From: Bacilli bacterium | GTDB taxonomy: Bacteria; Bacillota_I; Bacilli_A; RF39; UBA660 | Reading direction: 5' to 3' | DNA length: 64,000 bases | Assembly (NCBI GenBank): GCA_028691955.1 | Contig: JAQUYH010000005.1 | Span: forward strand, 14,777-78,776 | Part shown: positions 50,230 through 61,272 of the stretch, piece after piece | Position numbering within the stretch: the stretch's first letter is position 1 | Layout: every line of letters begins with the position of its first letter | Notes under the pieces: generated by a model | Seen by the model: only the letters and a program-made list of their open reading frames with translations | Databases searched by the model: none | What the model was told of the DNA's origin: nothing | Translations under genes and position numbers: made by a program

Positions 50230-50835
50230 ATGGAAAAACAAGAATCAAAAAAAATTTCAGTTGCAGAGTCAAAACCAAAGCGAAGTAAAAAAATAAAAAA
50301 GAAAATTATAAAAGCTTTGGCGATATTCGGAGTCATAACAACATTAGAAATAGGCGGATATATATTAATAAAAAACACGCCCACAACATCTATACCAGGT
50401 AATAAATATTTGAAATCATTTGTAAGAACAGAAAGAACAATTAGATTGATTGAAGGAACGACTATTCAATATACAGAGAACAAAGGATATGCAAAATATA
50501 ATTCCGCACCCAAAATTTTATCTATAGATGAGTTAGAGCAAGAAGCAGAAAATAAAAAAGAACTTTATTATAATGCTGAATATAATCTATACTATAAAGC
50601 AATATGGGCTCCAACAGGAAATGTTAAGTCATATAAAAAGATAGACGGAACAATAGGAACAGAATATGAAGTACAACAAGTTAATATTATTTACAACCTT
50701 GGTAACACCATAGCAGTTCCTGCAAATATCTTTGGACAAGCTATAGTAAATATAGAAGACACAGAAGGTAAAGATTACATCATTGTACCAGAAATAAGAG
50801 AAAGCTCAAAAATAAAAACAAAAAATATGCTTTAA
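50230..50835 (+). CDS. N-terminally membrane-anchored protein, unknown function
   Basis: 201 aa with a Lys-rich N-terminus and one TM (ALAIFGVITTLEIGGYILI). No recognisable motif. Confidence 0.5.
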   Translation: MEKQESKKISVAESKPKRSKKIKKKIIKALAIFGVITTLEIGGYILIKNTPTTSIPGNKYLKSFVRTERTIRLIEGTTIQYTENKGYAKYNSAPKILSIDELEQEAENKKELYYNAEYNLYYKAIWAPTGNVKSYKKIDGTIGTEYEVQQVNIIYNLGNTIAVPANIFGQAIVNIEDTEGKDYIIVPEIRESSKIKTKNML

Positions 50836-50938
50836 AACTATTAACTAAAAAGTTAGTAGTTTTTTTCTAATTAAAATTTAATTGGTTTGTATCAAAACAC
50901 AATATTTATGATAGAATTAATATAAAGGAAGTGTTAGA

Positions 50939-51592
50939 ATGATAGGAAATAATTGGGACAAAATTTTAGAAGAGGAATATCACAAAGAATACTTTCTAGA
51001 ATTAATTAACAAAGTAAATAATGAATATAGAAATAAAATAATATTTCCCGAATATAAAAATATATTTAATGCCTTTAAGTTAACCCCTTATGAAGTCGTT
51101 AAGGTAGTAATAATAGGGCAAGATCCTTATCATGGAGAGAAAGAAGCGCATGGTCTTTCTTTTTCCGTATTAGAAGGGGTTGCACGTCCACCATCACTTA
51201 ATAATATCTTTAAAGAATTATACAGTGACCTGGGAATAAAAAAAGAAAGCAATGATTTAACTAACTGGGCCAAAGAAGGAGTAATGCTTTTAAATAGCAT
51301 TTTAACTGTCGAAAAAGATAAGCCATTATCACATAAAGACTTTGGATGGACCTATTTTACAGATAGCGTTATAAAAAAAATAAATGAAAAAACAGAACCA
51401 GTAATATTCATATTATGGGGTAATTATGCTAGAAGCAAAAAGGAACTAATAACAAACAAAATACATTACATAATAGAATCAGCGCATCCTTCACCATTAT
51501 CAGCAAGTAGAGGATTTTTAGGAAGCAAACCTTTTAGCAAAACAAACAAAATACTAAAAGAATTAGGAAAGAAAGAAATTAATTGGGAGTGA
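50939..51592 (+). CDS. ung: uracil-DNA glycosylase
   Basis: VVIIGQDPYHG, the GVMLLNSILTV block and HPSPLSA motif. Confidence 0.95.
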   Translation: MIGNNWDKILEEEYHKEYFLELINKVNNEYRNKIIFPEYKNIFNAFKLTPYEVVKVVIIGQDPYHGEKEAHGLSFSVLEGVARPPSLNNIFKELYSDLGIKKESNDLTNWAKEGVMLLNSILTVEKDKPLSHKDFGWTYFTDSVIKKINEKTEPVIFILWGNYARSKKELITNKIHYIIESAHPSPLSASRGFLGSKPFSKTNKILKELGKKEINWE

Positions 51593-51596
51593 TAAA

Positions 51597-52922
51597 ATGG
51601 AAGAAGCATATAAATATATTTTAAAAGATTTAGGACTTAAATATAATGAGCCCGTTGTAATTGGTGTATCCGGAGGCCCAGATTCAATGGCCTTACTGCA
51701 CCTTTTTGTAAGAGTAAAAAAAGTATTAGATTTAAAGGTAATTTGTGCTCATGTTAACCACAGCATGAGAAAAGAGTCAGATGATGAAAAAATATTTGTA
51801 GAGAATTATTGCGCTAACAATAATGTTATTTTCGAATACATGAAAATAGAAGAATATGGAGACGATAACTTTCACAACGAAGCTAGAAGTAAAAGATACT
51901 ATTATTTTGGAAAAATAGTAAAAAAATACAAAGCAAAATACTTATTTACAGCTCATCATGCTGATGACTTAATGGAAACAATATTAATGCGCATAGCTCG
52001 TGGTTCTACACTAAGAGGATATAGTGGGTTTTCAAAGGAGATAACAGTAGATAATTATAAAGTAGTAAGACCACTTATTAATGTAACTAAAGATGAAATA
52101 TATGCATATTTAAAAAAATACAATTTAAAATATGCCACCGATAAATCAAACTTTAAAGATGTCTATACGAGAAATAGATTTAGAAAACAAGTTATACCAT
52201 TTTTTAAAAACGAAGACAAAAACGTTCATAAGAAATTTTACAAATTCAGCACCACTTTACTAGAATATAATGAATATATAGATAAAGAAGTAAAGAAGGT
52301 TCTATATAAAGTATACCCACAAAACATTCTAAATATAGAAGAATTTAATAAACAAGAACACTTAATTCAAATGAAAGTAATATACTACATTTTAGAAGAA
52401 ATTTATCAAGACGATCTAATGCTAATAACCGATAAACATGCTGAATTAATTTATGATTTAATAAAATCAAAAAAAGGAAATGCAAGTATACATCTACCCA
52501 ATAATATCAAAGCTATCAAAGAATACAACAACTTATTTTTAAGACCAATAGAAGTAGAAAGTAACAGTTATGAAATAGAACTAGATAACTTTGCTAATCT
52601 ACCAAACGGTAAAAATATAGAAGTAGTATCCAAAAGTAGTTTAGATAACAATTTTATATGTCGATTAGATAGTTCGCAAATTAAACTACCACTTCATATT
52701 AGAACAAGACAAAACGGGGACAAAATTTCTATAAAAGGAATGCTAGGAAGCAAAAAAATAAATGATATATTTATTGATGATAAAATCTCCAATCAAGAAA
52801 GAGATATGTGGCCAATAGTTATTGACAGCACAGGCGTTATCGTATGGCTTCCAGGTCTTAAAAAATCTAAATTTGATAGAACAAAAAATGAAAAGTATGA
52901 TATAATACTTAAGTACTATTAA
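51597..52922 (+). CDS. tilS: tRNA(Ile)-lysidine synthetase
   Basis: The PP-loop GVSGGPDSMALL and HHADDLMETILMR. Confidence 0.92.
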   Translation: MEEAYKYILKDLGLKYNEPVVIGVSGGPDSMALLHLFVRVKKVLDLKVICAHVNHSMRKESDDEKIFVENYCANNNVIFEYMKIEEYGDDNFHNEARSKRYYYFGKIVKKYKAKYLFTAHHADDLMETILMRIARGSTLRGYSGFSKEITVDNYKVVRPLINVTKDEIYAYLKKYNLKYATDKSNFKDVYTRNRFRKQVIPFFKNEDKNVHKKFYKFSTTLLEYNEYIDKEVKKVLYKVYPQNILNIEEFNKQEHLIQMKVIYYILEEIYQDDLMLITDKHAELIYDLIKSKKGNASIHLPNNIKAIKEYNNLFLRPIEVESNSYEIELDNFANLPNGKNIEVVSKSSLDNNFICRLDSSQIKLPLHIRTRQNGDKISIKGMLGSKKINDIFIDDKISNQERDMWPIVIDSTGVIVWLPGLKKSKFDRTKNEKYDIILKYY

Positions 52923-52938
52923 GAAAAGAGGAGATTTA

Positions 52939-54930
52939 ATGAATAAAAACAAATTAAAAAGAAGCATAATGCCTTATATTGGTTTATTTTTCGTACTAGC
53001 AATGATTGTCTTTTTCTTTAGTGCATTAAATCAAAAAGTTCATGTTTTAACTTATGACGAGTTTATGACATATGCTGATGATAGCACAATAACAGAAATA
53101 GCTATTACGCCACAAACCAGTGCTAATACATACCAAATAACAGGAAAAATTGAAGGATATGATAAAAATGAATCATTCAGTTTAACTGTACCACTTTCAG
53201 AAGAGTTTATGACAAGAATACTTGATTTTGCCGAAGAACAAAACATAGTATTGAAAACCAATGATGATCCGGAATCTAGTTGGATACTAATATTTGCAGT
53301 AAGAATTTTGCCCACTTTATTACTAATTGGTGTAGCTTTCTTATTTATTACAAAACAGTTTGGCGGAACAGCCAACAAATCAATGGATTTTGGCAGAAGC
53401 AAAGCCAAACTTAATGAAGAAAAGAATAAAGTAACTTTTAAACAAGTTGCTGGATTAGATGAAGAAAAAGAAGAACTTCAAGAATTAATCGATTTCTTAA
53501 AGAATCCTAAAAAATTTACAAAGTTAGGCGCTCGTATTCCAAAAGGAGTCCTATTAGTAGGCCCTCCAGGAACCGGAAAAACTTTACTAGCTAAAGCTGT
53601 AGCAGGTGAAGCAAATGTACCATTTTACTTTATAAGTGGTTCAGAATTTGTTGAACTATTTGTAGGTGTTGGAGCAAGTAGAGTAAGAGACATGTTTAAA
53701 CAAGCTAAACATACCGCACCATGCTTAATCTTTATTGATGAAATAGATGCAGTAGGACGCCAGAGAGGTGCTGGTTTAGGTGGAGGACATGATGAACGTG
53801 AACAAACATTAAACCAATTACTAACTGAAATGGATGGTTTTGGAGCTAATGAAGGAATTATCATCATAGCAGCAACCAATAGACCAGACGTATTAGATCC
53901 AGCTCTACTTAGACCAGGAAGATTTGATAGACAAGTAACAGTTAATTTACCTGATATAAAAGGAAGAGAAGAAATCCTAGAAGTTCATGCTAAAAACAAA
54001 TTTTTCACAAAAGGTGTAAAATTAGCTAATATAGCAAGAAGAACAGTAGGATTTAGTGGAGCAGATTTAGAGAACTTACTTAACGAAGCAGCATTATTAA
54101 CAGTAAGAAGAAATAAAACAGCTATATCAATGGCTGAAATTGATGAAGCACAAGATAGAGTATTAATGGGTCCTGCTAAAAAGAGTCATAAATACACTGA
54201 AAAAGAAAAGAAAGTTGTTGCTTATCACGAAGCAGGACATGCGGTTGTAGGAATAAAATTAGATGGAGCAAATGATGTTCAAAAAATAACTATTATTCCA
54301 AGAGGTAATGCTGGCGGATATAACCTAATGTTGCCAAAAGAAGAAAACTATTTAACAACTAAAAATGAACTATTAGAAACAATTAGTGGTTTATTAGGTG
54401 GGCGTGTTAGTGAAGAAATAGTATTTAATGAAATAACTACAGGAGCTCATAACGACTTTGAAAAAGCTACTAAAATAGCTCGCGCTATGGTAACAGAATA
54501 CGGAATGAGTAGTCTAGGTCCAGTTCAATTCGAGCACCAAGAATCAAGCGTATTCTTAGGAAGAGATTATAATAAGTCTAGAAATTTCTCAAGTCAAGTT
54601 GCCTTTGAAATAGACCAAGAAGTAAGAAAAATAGTTGATGAACAATACAAGGTAACAACAAAGATAATTTCTGAAAATAGAGAATTATTAGACTTGATAG
54701 CTAATACACTAATCGAAAAAGAAACTTTAACTAAAGAAGAAATAGATTACCTAGTAGAACACAAATGTTTACCAGAAGAAGATGGAGAAACAGATTTAAG
54801 TGATTTTAAAGAGCTTAGTTTAGAAGATTTAACTTTAGAAGAACTAAAAGATTTAGCTAAAGAGAAAAAAATTAAAGGTTATTCTAAAATGAATAAAGAA
54901 GAATTAACTAACGAATTAAAGGATAAGTAA
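52939..54930 (+). CDS. ftsH: ATP-dependent zinc metalloprotease FtsH with extra C-terminal Rho_N/HeH-like tail
   Basis: [30 protein letters not shown], the HEAGHAV zinc site, and the tail [31 protein letters not shown]. Confidence 0.95.
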   Translation: MNKNKLKRSIMPYIGLFFVLAMIVFFFSALNQKVHVLTYDEFMTYADDSTITEIAITPQTSANTYQITGKIEGYDKNESFSLTVPLSEEFMTRILDFAEEQNIVLKTNDDPESSWILIFAVRILPTLLLIGVAFLFITKQFGGTANKSMDFGRSKAKLNEEKNKVTFKQVAGLDEEKEELQELIDFLKNPKKFTKLGARIPKGVLLVGPPGTGKTLLAKAVAGEANVPFYFISGSEFVELFVGVGASRVRDMFKQAKHTAPCLIFIDEIDAVGRQRGAGLGGGHDEREQTLNQLLTEMDGFGANEGIIIIAATNRPDVLDPALLRPGRFDRQVTVNLPDIKGREEILEVHAKNKFFTKGVKLANIARRTVGFSGADLENLLNEAALLTVRRNKTAISMAEIDEAQDRVLMGPAKKSHKYTEKEKKVVAYHEAGHAVVGIKLDGANDVQKITIIPRGNAGGYNLMLPKEENYLTTKNELLETISGLLGGRVSEEIVFNEITTGAHNDFEKATKIARAMVTEYGMSSLGPVQFEHQESSVFLGRDYNKSRNFSSQVAFEIDQEVRKIVDEQYKVTTKIISENRELLDLIANTLIEKETLTKEEIDYLVEHKCLPEEDGETDLSDFKELSLEDLTLEELKDLAKEKKIKGYSKMNKEELTNELKDK

Positions 54931-54984
54931 TTTTATCCTTTTTGTTTTACTTATTTTTTTATTCATAGTATAATACATAGTGAG

Positions 54985-55947
54985 GTGGACTCAGTGGAAC
55001 AAATATATAAAGACTTAACTAAAGAAATAAAGAGACACAATTGCGTAATATTAATGGCCCACAAAAACATAGATTTAGATGCTTTTGGATCATTGTTATG
55101 CTTATACGAAATTGTTCTTTCTTTTAATAAACAGGCAAAAATTGTTATGAATAAAACAGTTAATGCTTCAGTTAAAAAAGCTATGAGAAAAGTAACAGAC
55201 ATAGAATACTGTTACAAAGAAAAAGAAGCAAATGAAACCGATTTACTAATAGTAGCAGATACCCATAAAGAAAATTTAGTAGAAAACATAAATATTCTAA
55301 AGAAAATCAAAGATAAAATAGTTCTTGACCATCATGTTAAAGATGCTAATTATATAAAAGATACTATAGCTTCATATATAGACTCAAATGCTTCCAGCAC
55401 AGTGGAAATTATAATACATTATCTAAAAAGTTTAAACAAAGTAGTAAATCCGACTATAGCTAGTATTATGCTAGCTGGTCTAGAAATAGATACAAACAGC
55501 TTTGATATTAAAACAACAGATAAAACATACGAAACAGCTGCCATGTTATATAGATTAGGCTCTAATAATGCTTTAAAAAAAGAATTGTTGCAACAGAATA
55601 AGGAAGAATATATTAAAAGACAAGCACTACTAAAACATGCACATATCATTAACAAAAACATAGCTATATGTGTTTTTACAGATGAAATATACAACAAAGA
55701 AGATTTGTCAATAATAGCCAATGAACTACTACAATTTGATAATGTAGAAGTTGGTTTTGCTATTGGCAAAATAGATAAACAAACAACAGGAATAAGTGGA
55801 AAAAGCTTAAGCAATTTTAATGTAGAAGAAATAATGCATAAATTAGGAGGCGGAGGACATTTCAATAACGCTGCCACTCAATTAAAAAGAACAACCTTAA
55901 AAAAAGCTGAGGAAATGCTATTAACTCTAATAGAGGAGGATATATGA
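54985..55947 (+). CDS. stand-alone DHH/DHHA1 phosphoesterase (NrnA/GdpP catalytic-domain type)
   Basis: HKNIDLDAFGS, VLDHHV (the DHH motif) and GGGGH (DHHA1). GTG start at 54985, or at 54994 just after a GAGGTGG RBS. Confidence 0.8.
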   Translation: MDSVEQIYKDLTKEIKRHNCVILMAHKNIDLDAFGSLLCLYEIVLSFNKQAKIVMNKTVNASVKKAMRKVTDIEYCYKEKEANETDLLIVADTHKENLVENINILKKIKDKIVLDHHVKDANYIKDTIASYIDSNASSTVEIIIHYLKSLNKVVNPTIASIMLAGLEIDTNSFDIKTTDKTYETAAMLYRLGSNNALKKELLQQNKEEYIKRQALLKHAHIINKNIAICVFTDEIYNKEDLSIIANELLQFDNVEVGFAIGKIDKQTTGISGKSLSNFNVEEIMHKLGGGGHFNNAATQLKRTTLKKAEEMLLTLIEEDI

Positions 55948-56393
55948 AAATAATACTTTTAGAAGACGTAAAAAAGCATGGAAAAAAAGGAGATATCATT
56001 ACTGTAAAAGATGGATTTGGAATGAATTATTTAATAAAAAATAATTTAGGAATGCTAGCCAATGAAACAGGCATGAAGATATTAAACACTGAAAAAAAGA
56101 ATAAAGCAAAAGAAGATGAAGAGAGCAAAAAACAAGCATTAGATATAGCAAACAAATTAAAAAACATAACTTTAACTTTTAAAGTTAAAACAGGAAAAGA
56201 AGATAAAGTATTTGGTAGCATTAGTCCAAAACAAATAGAAGAAGAATTAAAAAAGAAAAAAATAATTATAGATAAAAGAAAAATAAAAATAGATCACCCA
56301 GTAGCCTCTTTAGGAACACACTTAGTAAAAGCTGAATTATATAAAGACGTTATAGGAGAGATTAAAGTTGAACTAACAAAAGAAAGTAGGTAG
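55944..56393 (+). CDS. rplI: 50S ribosomal protein L9
   Basis: MKIILLEDVKKHGKKGDIITVKDGFGMNYLI. Confidence 0.95.
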   Translation: MKIILLEDVKKHGKKGDIITVKDGFGMNYLIKNNLGMLANETGMKILNTEKKNKAKEDEESKKQALDIANKLKNITLTFKVKTGKEDKVFGSISPKQIEEELKKKKIIIDKRKIKIDHPVASLGTHLVKAELYKDVIGEIKVELTKESR

Positions 56394-56398
56394 AGTTT

Positions 56399-57736
56399 AT
56401 GCAAGAAAAAAAAATACCACATAACATTGAAGCAGAACAATCTGTTATTGGTGCTATGTTTCTTTCAAAATATGCTCTACAAAAAGCTGTAGAAGAACTA
56501 GACAAAGAACTATTTTATCTAGATTCACATATTAAAATATTTGGTGTCATAAGTGAATTAGCTGATAAAAAAATACCAGTAGATATAACAACAGTTAGTG
56601 CAGAATTAGATAGAAGAGATTTACTAAAACAAGTTGGTGGGAATGAATATTTAAGCGAACTAGTAAATGTTGTTCCAACAGCGGCCAATATAGAGGAATA
56701 CATTAAAATAGTTTATGAAACAGCTACCTTAAGAAGACTTATAGAAAAAGCAACAGAAATAGTTTCTAGTTGTTATAAACAAGATGATGACGTTACAACC
56801 ATATTAGATAATGCTGAAAAAAACATATCAAGCGTTGTTAAAACCCAAAAAGGAACAGAATTTAGAAGCATTCAAGATGTTTTATTTAAAACCCAACAAA
56901 ATCTAGAAAGATTATCAGAGTCACACGGAGAAATAACAGGACTACCTTCAGGATTCTATGATTTAGATAAAAGAACACTTGGATTTCATGAAAATGAGCT
57001 AATAATATTAGCAGCTCGTCCAGGTATGGGTAAAACTTCTTTTGTTTTAAATATAGCAACTAATGCAGCAATCAATACAAAAAAAACAGTAGCCATATTC
57101 AATATGGAAATGGGTGCTGAACAATTAGCTCTTAGGATGCTGTCATCAGTAGGACAAATAGAAAATAACAAATTAAAATCTGGGCGCCTTGAACACGATG
57201 ATTGGAAGAAATTAAATGAAGCAATTAGCAGACTAGCTGATAGCAAAATATTTATAGATGATTCAGCTGGAATAACAGTAAATGAAATTAGATCAAAGTG
57301 CAGAAGACTATCTACTAGTGAAAGCGGTCTAGCTTTAGTAGTAATAGATTATTTGCAGTTAATTAGCGGCAGTACAAGAAATAATTCTAACAGACAACAA
57401 GAAGTATCTGATATATCAAGAGGATTAAAAACAATGGCTATGGAACTAGGAGTTCCTGTTATAGCAGCAGCCCAATTATCACGTAGCGTTGAATCAAGAG
57501 AAGATAAAAGACCTTTGCTTAGTGATTTAAGAGAATCCGGTTCAATAGAGCAGGATGCTGATATAGTATCATTCTTATTTAATGAAGCATATTATAAAAA
57601 GGAAGCAGCAATAGATGAAAACACCGTAAAATCAGAATTGATAATTGCCAAGCACCGTAACGGTAGTACTGGAGTGGTAGATTTGATTTTCAAAAAAAAT
57701 ACTAGTACTTTTGTAAATTTTGTAAATAAAGAGTAG
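56399..57736 (+). CDS. dnaB: replicative DNA helicase (DnaB family; DnaC in Bacillus nomenclature)
   Basis: PHNIEAEQSVIGAM, ARPGMGKTSF, IDYLQLI and LSDLRESGSIEQDAD motifs. Confidence 0.96.
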   Translation: MQEKKIPHNIEAEQSVIGAMFLSKYALQKAVEELDKELFYLDSHIKIFGVISELADKKIPVDITTVSAELDRRDLLKQVGGNEYLSELVNVVPTAANIEEYIKIVYETATLRRLIEKATEIVSSCYKQDDDVTTILDNAEKNISSVVKTQKGTEFRSIQDVLFKTQQNLERLSESHGEITGLPSGFYDLDKRTLGFHENELIILAARPGMGKTSFVLNIATNAAINTKKTVAIFNMEMGAEQLALRMLSSVGQIENNKLKSGRLEHDDWKKLNEAISRLADSKIFIDDSAGITVNEIRSKCRRLSTSESGLALVVIDYLQLISGSTRNNSNRQQEVSDISRGLKTMAMELGVPVIAAAQLSRSVESREDKRPLLSDLRESGSIEQDADIVSFLFNEAYYKKEAAIDENTVKSELIIAKHRNGSTGVVDLIFKKNTSTFVNFVNKE

Positions 57737-57744
57737 GTGAAATT

Positions 57745-59205
57745 TTGAAAAAGGGAATAACTATATTAGTAATATTATTAGTTAGTATGTCTATCTTTTG
57801 GTTAGGCTTTGATTATAAAGAAAGCACGGAACCAAACACATATTATCAAGTTTTCCTAGATGGAGAATTAATAGGAACAGTCTCATCAAAAGCAAAGCTT
57901 GAAAGATATATAGATAATCAAAATGATTATGTTAAAAATAAATACAAAGTAGATACTGTATATTCTCCAAATGGCTTAGAAATAGAAAAAATAGTCACAT
58001 TTGAAAATAATACAGATAAAATAAGCGATGTGTATGAAAAAATAAAAGCTAAAAAACCCTTTACAATTAAAGGATATCAGTTAACAATAAAAAGTGAAGA
58101 CGAAGAAATAGAAGATAAAATCGTATATGCTACTGAAAAGAACATCTTTGAATCAGCTTTAGAAAAAACCATTATAACATTCGTTGGGAATGATAATTAT
58201 AACAATTACATAAATAATACACAGGCCAAAATAACAACAACAGGAACTACAATAGAAAATGTTTATATAGAAAATGAAAAAACAATAAAAGAGGTATATA
58301 TATCAACAGATGAACAAATATATACAGATGCTGATAGTTTAAGCCAATTTTTCATTTTTGGCCCTAATATGGTTCAAAGCAACTACATTGTAAAAGTGGG
58401 AGATACTATCAGCAGCATTGCTTTTAATCACGAAATAAGTGTTGAGGAATTATTATTATCAAATTCAGATATAACAAGTTCTAAAAATCTACTATATAAT
58501 GGACAAACTTTAAAAATTGCAGAAACAAATCCACAAGTTAGCGTAGTTGTAGAAGAATATGTAGTAGAAGATGTTACTAATCCATATTCAACAATAGAGC
58601 AATATGATGAGGATCTAGCCATTGGAAACGACAAAGTAACACAATACGGTTCAAATGGATTAGATAGAGTTTCAAAAGATGTTAAAATAATAAATGGAAA
58701 TATAACGTACGTTAATACGCAGTCCAAAATAGAAATAGAACCAACAATAGATAAAATAATAGTAATAGGGAAAAAATACATACCTACAGTCGGTAGTCTT
58801 ACAAGCTGGGGGTGGCCAACAAACGGAGGCTATACAATTAGTTCAGATTATGGATATAGAATTAATCCAATTAATGGAGTTCGTGAACTTCATAATGGAA
58901 TAGATATAGCAGGTACTGGATATGGATCAAATATATATGCTGTTAATAATGGAGTCGTAATAACAGCCTCATACCATTATATTAATGGTAACTATGTTGT
59001 TATTAATCATAATAATGGTTATTACACATATTATGGACATATGTCTCAAATACTGGTTCAAGTAGGACAAACAGTAGCTAGAGGAGAAGTTATAGGCTTA
59101 ATTGGTCAAACAGGATGGGCAACAGGACCGCATGTTCACTTTGGAATATACACAGGAGATCCGGATAAAGGTGCAGGAACAATAAACCCCTGGTCGGTGT
59201 ATTAA
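57745..59205 (+). CDS. membrane-anchored LysM + G5 + M23 peptidoglycan endopeptidase
   Basis: LysM (YIVKVGDTISSIAFNHEISVEELLLSN), a G5-like middle, and M23 motifs HNGIDIAG and GPHVHFGIY. Confidence 0.85.
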   Translation: MKKGITILVILLVSMSIFWLGFDYKESTEPNTYYQVFLDGELIGTVSSKAKLERYIDNQNDYVKNKYKVDTVYSPNGLEIEKIVTFENNTDKISDVYEKIKAKKPFTIKGYQLTIKSEDEEIEDKIVYATEKNIFESALEKTIITFVGNDNYNNYINNTQAKITTTGTTIENVYIENEKTIKEVYISTDEQIYTDADSLSQFFIFGPNMVQSNYIVKVGDTISSIAFNHEISVEELLLSNSDITSSKNLLYNGQTLKIAETNPQVSVVVEEYVVEDVTNPYSTIEQYDEDLAIGNDKVTQYGSNGLDRVSKDVKIINGNITYVNTQSKIEIEPTIDKIIVIGKKYIPTVGSLTSWGWPTNGGYTISSDYGYRINPINGVRELHNGIDIAGTGYGSNIYAVNNGVVITASYHYINGNYVVINHNNGYYTYYGHMSQILVQVGQTVARGEVIGLIGQTGWATGPHVHFGIYTGDPDKGAGTINPWSVY

Positions 59206-59942
59206 TGAAAATATCAGTATTAGCAAGTGGCTCCAAAGGTAATTGTACATATCTAGAAACAGAAAATCATCGTATATTAATAGATCTTGGTATGACTACA
59301 AAATATATAGAAGAAAAATTAATGACACTAGATGTTGATCCAAAGACAATAGATAGTGTCTTTCTTACCCACGATCATAAAGACCATATATCAGCTTTAA
59401 AAGTATTTCAAAAAAGATATAATCCTAACATCTATCTGACAGAAAAACTAGAGCAATCATTATGCATAGATAATTGTACTTATTTATTAACTAACAATGA
59501 AATTGACTCATTAAAAATAACAGTCATAAAAACATCACATGATGCGACTGATTCAGTAGGATTTATATTTGAAGAGCACGAAAAGTCAGTAGTTTACATT
59601 ACAGATACAGGGTATATAAATGTAAAGTATAAAGATGTTCTAAAAAATCATAATTTATACGTTTTAGAGAGTAACCATGATATTGAAATGCTTATGAACG
59701 GCAGGTATAGGTATGACTTAAAGGTAAGAATTTTAGGAGATAGAGGCCATCTATCAAACGAGATGGCTACTTCATATTTAGAGGAAATAATTGGTGAAAA
59801 AACGTCAACTATAATCCTTGCCCACCTAAGTGAAGAAAACAATACCGAAGAATTAGCCTATCAAATGATAACTTCTAAAATTAAAGATAAAAACATCATA
59901 ATAGCAAAACAAAACGAAAGAACGGGTTTAATTGAATTATGA
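59205..59942 (+). CDS. MBL-fold metallo-hydrolase (YycJ/WalJ-like)
   Basis: MKISVLASGSKGNCTYLE, LTHDHKDH and AHLSEENN motifs. Confidence 0.85.
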   Translation: MKISVLASGSKGNCTYLETENHRILIDLGMTTKYIEEKLMTLDVDPKTIDSVFLTHDHKDHISALKVFQKRYNPNIYLTEKLEQSLCIDNCTYLLTNNEIDSLKITVIKTSHDATDSVGFIFEEHEKSVVYITDTGYINVKYKDVLKNHNLYVLESNHDIEMLMNGRYRYDLKVRILGDRGHLSNEMATSYLEEIIGEKTSTIILAHLSEENNTEELAYQMITSKIKDKNIIIAKQNERTGLIEL

Positions 59943-60391
59943 AAATAATATGTGTTGGAAAAATAAAAGAGAGTTTTTTTAAAGAAGCTATAAAAGAATA
60001 TCAAAAGAGATTAAGTAAATATACAAGTTTAAATATAATTGAAGTTAATGATTATAGCCTTGACAACATTGATTTAATTTTGGAAAAAGAAAAAGTAGAA
60101 ATACAAAAACATATTTCATTCAAAGATTATGTTATAACCCTAGAAATAGAAGGTAATCAGCTTTCATCTACAGAACTTTCAAAAAAAATAGAAGAAATAT
60201 TAATAGAAAACTCTAACATCATATTTATAATTGGTGGTTCATACGGAATACATAAAGAAATAAAAGAACGAAGCAATTACAGCTTGAGTTTTTCTAACTT
60301 AACATTCCCACATCAACTATTTAGAGTAATACTATTAGAACAAATATATAGAGCATTCAAAATCATTAATAATGAATCATATCATAAGTAG
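59939..60391 (+). CDS. rlmH: 23S rRNA (pseudouridine1915-N3)-methyltransferase
   Basis: SPOUT-type block FIIGGSYG...LSFSNLTFPHQL.RVILLEQIYRA. Confidence 0.92.
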   Translation: MKIICVGKIKESFFKEAIKEYQKRLSKYTSLNIIEVNDYSLDNIDLILEKEKVEIQKHISFKDYVITLEIEGNQLSSTELSKKIEEILIENSNIIFIIGGSYGIHKEIKERSNYSLSFSNLTFPHQLFRVILLEQIYRAFKIINNESYHK

Positions 60392-60486
60392 CACACCGGT
60401 TGTGCTATTTTAATTAAATAATATAGATTTATATTTAAATATATGGTAAAATAAACATTAGAATGGGATAGAAAATGGTGATAAAA

Positions 60487-61272
60487 ATGGGTAAAATAAT
60501 CGCACTTGTTAATCAAAAAGGGGGTGTAGGTAAGACTACTTCCAGCATTAATTTAGCCGCATCTTTAGGCTTCCTAAAAAAGAAAGTGCTATTAGTAGAT
60601 TTAGATCCACAAGGCAATACTACAACGGGAACCGGTGTTGATAAATTAGACTTGAATAAATGCATATATGATTTACTTATTGGCGAGGCTGAAGTAGATG
60701 AGGTTATAAGAAAAACAAAATTTAAAAACCTATATGTTTTACCTGCTACAATTAGACTAGCTGGAGCTGATATAGAATTGATGGAAAGAAGTAGGACTAT
60801 AGAAGGTTTTACAAAAAATGGTCAGCTAAAAAAGAATCTAGACTTAGTAAAAGATAGTTTTGATTATATTATAATAGATTGTCCACCATCACTTGGAATG
60901 CTAACAACAAATGCCTTAACGGCAGCCGATTCCGTTTTAATACCAGTTCAATGTGAATTTTTCGCACTAGAAGGAATAATGCAACTTTTAAATACAATTA
61001 TGATGGCTCAAAAAACACTAAATACCAACTTAGATATAGAAGGTGTTTTACTTACAATGCTTGATAATAGAACAAACTTAGGATTAGAGGTTGTAGAAGA
61101 AATAAAAAGCTACTTTAAAGAAAGAGTGTACGACACAATAATCCCAAGACTGGTTAGACTGTCAGAAGCACCAAGTCATGGCAAACCAATTCTATATTAT
61201 GATGAGAATAGTCGAGGTTCAGAAGCTTATATAAATTTAGCTAAGGAAGTGATTGAGAGAAATGGAAAATAA
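60487..61272 (+). CDS. soj: chromosome partitioning ATPase ParA/Soj
   Basis: The deviant Walker A motif NQKGGVGKTT, IIIDCPPSLG and SEAPSHGKPI. Confidence 0.95.
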   Translation: MGKIIALVNQKGGVGKTTSSINLAASLGFLKKKVLLVDLDPQGNTTTGTGVDKLDLNKCIYDLLIGEAEVDEVIRKTKFKNLYVLPATIRLAGADIELMERSRTIEGFTKNGQLKKNLDLVKDSFDYIIIDCPPSLGMLTTNALTAADSVLIPVQCEFFALEGIMQLLNTIMMAQKTLNTNLDIEGVLLTMLDNRTNLGLEVVEEIKSYFKERVYDTIIPRLVRLSEAPSHGKPILYYDENSRGSEAYINLAKEVIERNGK

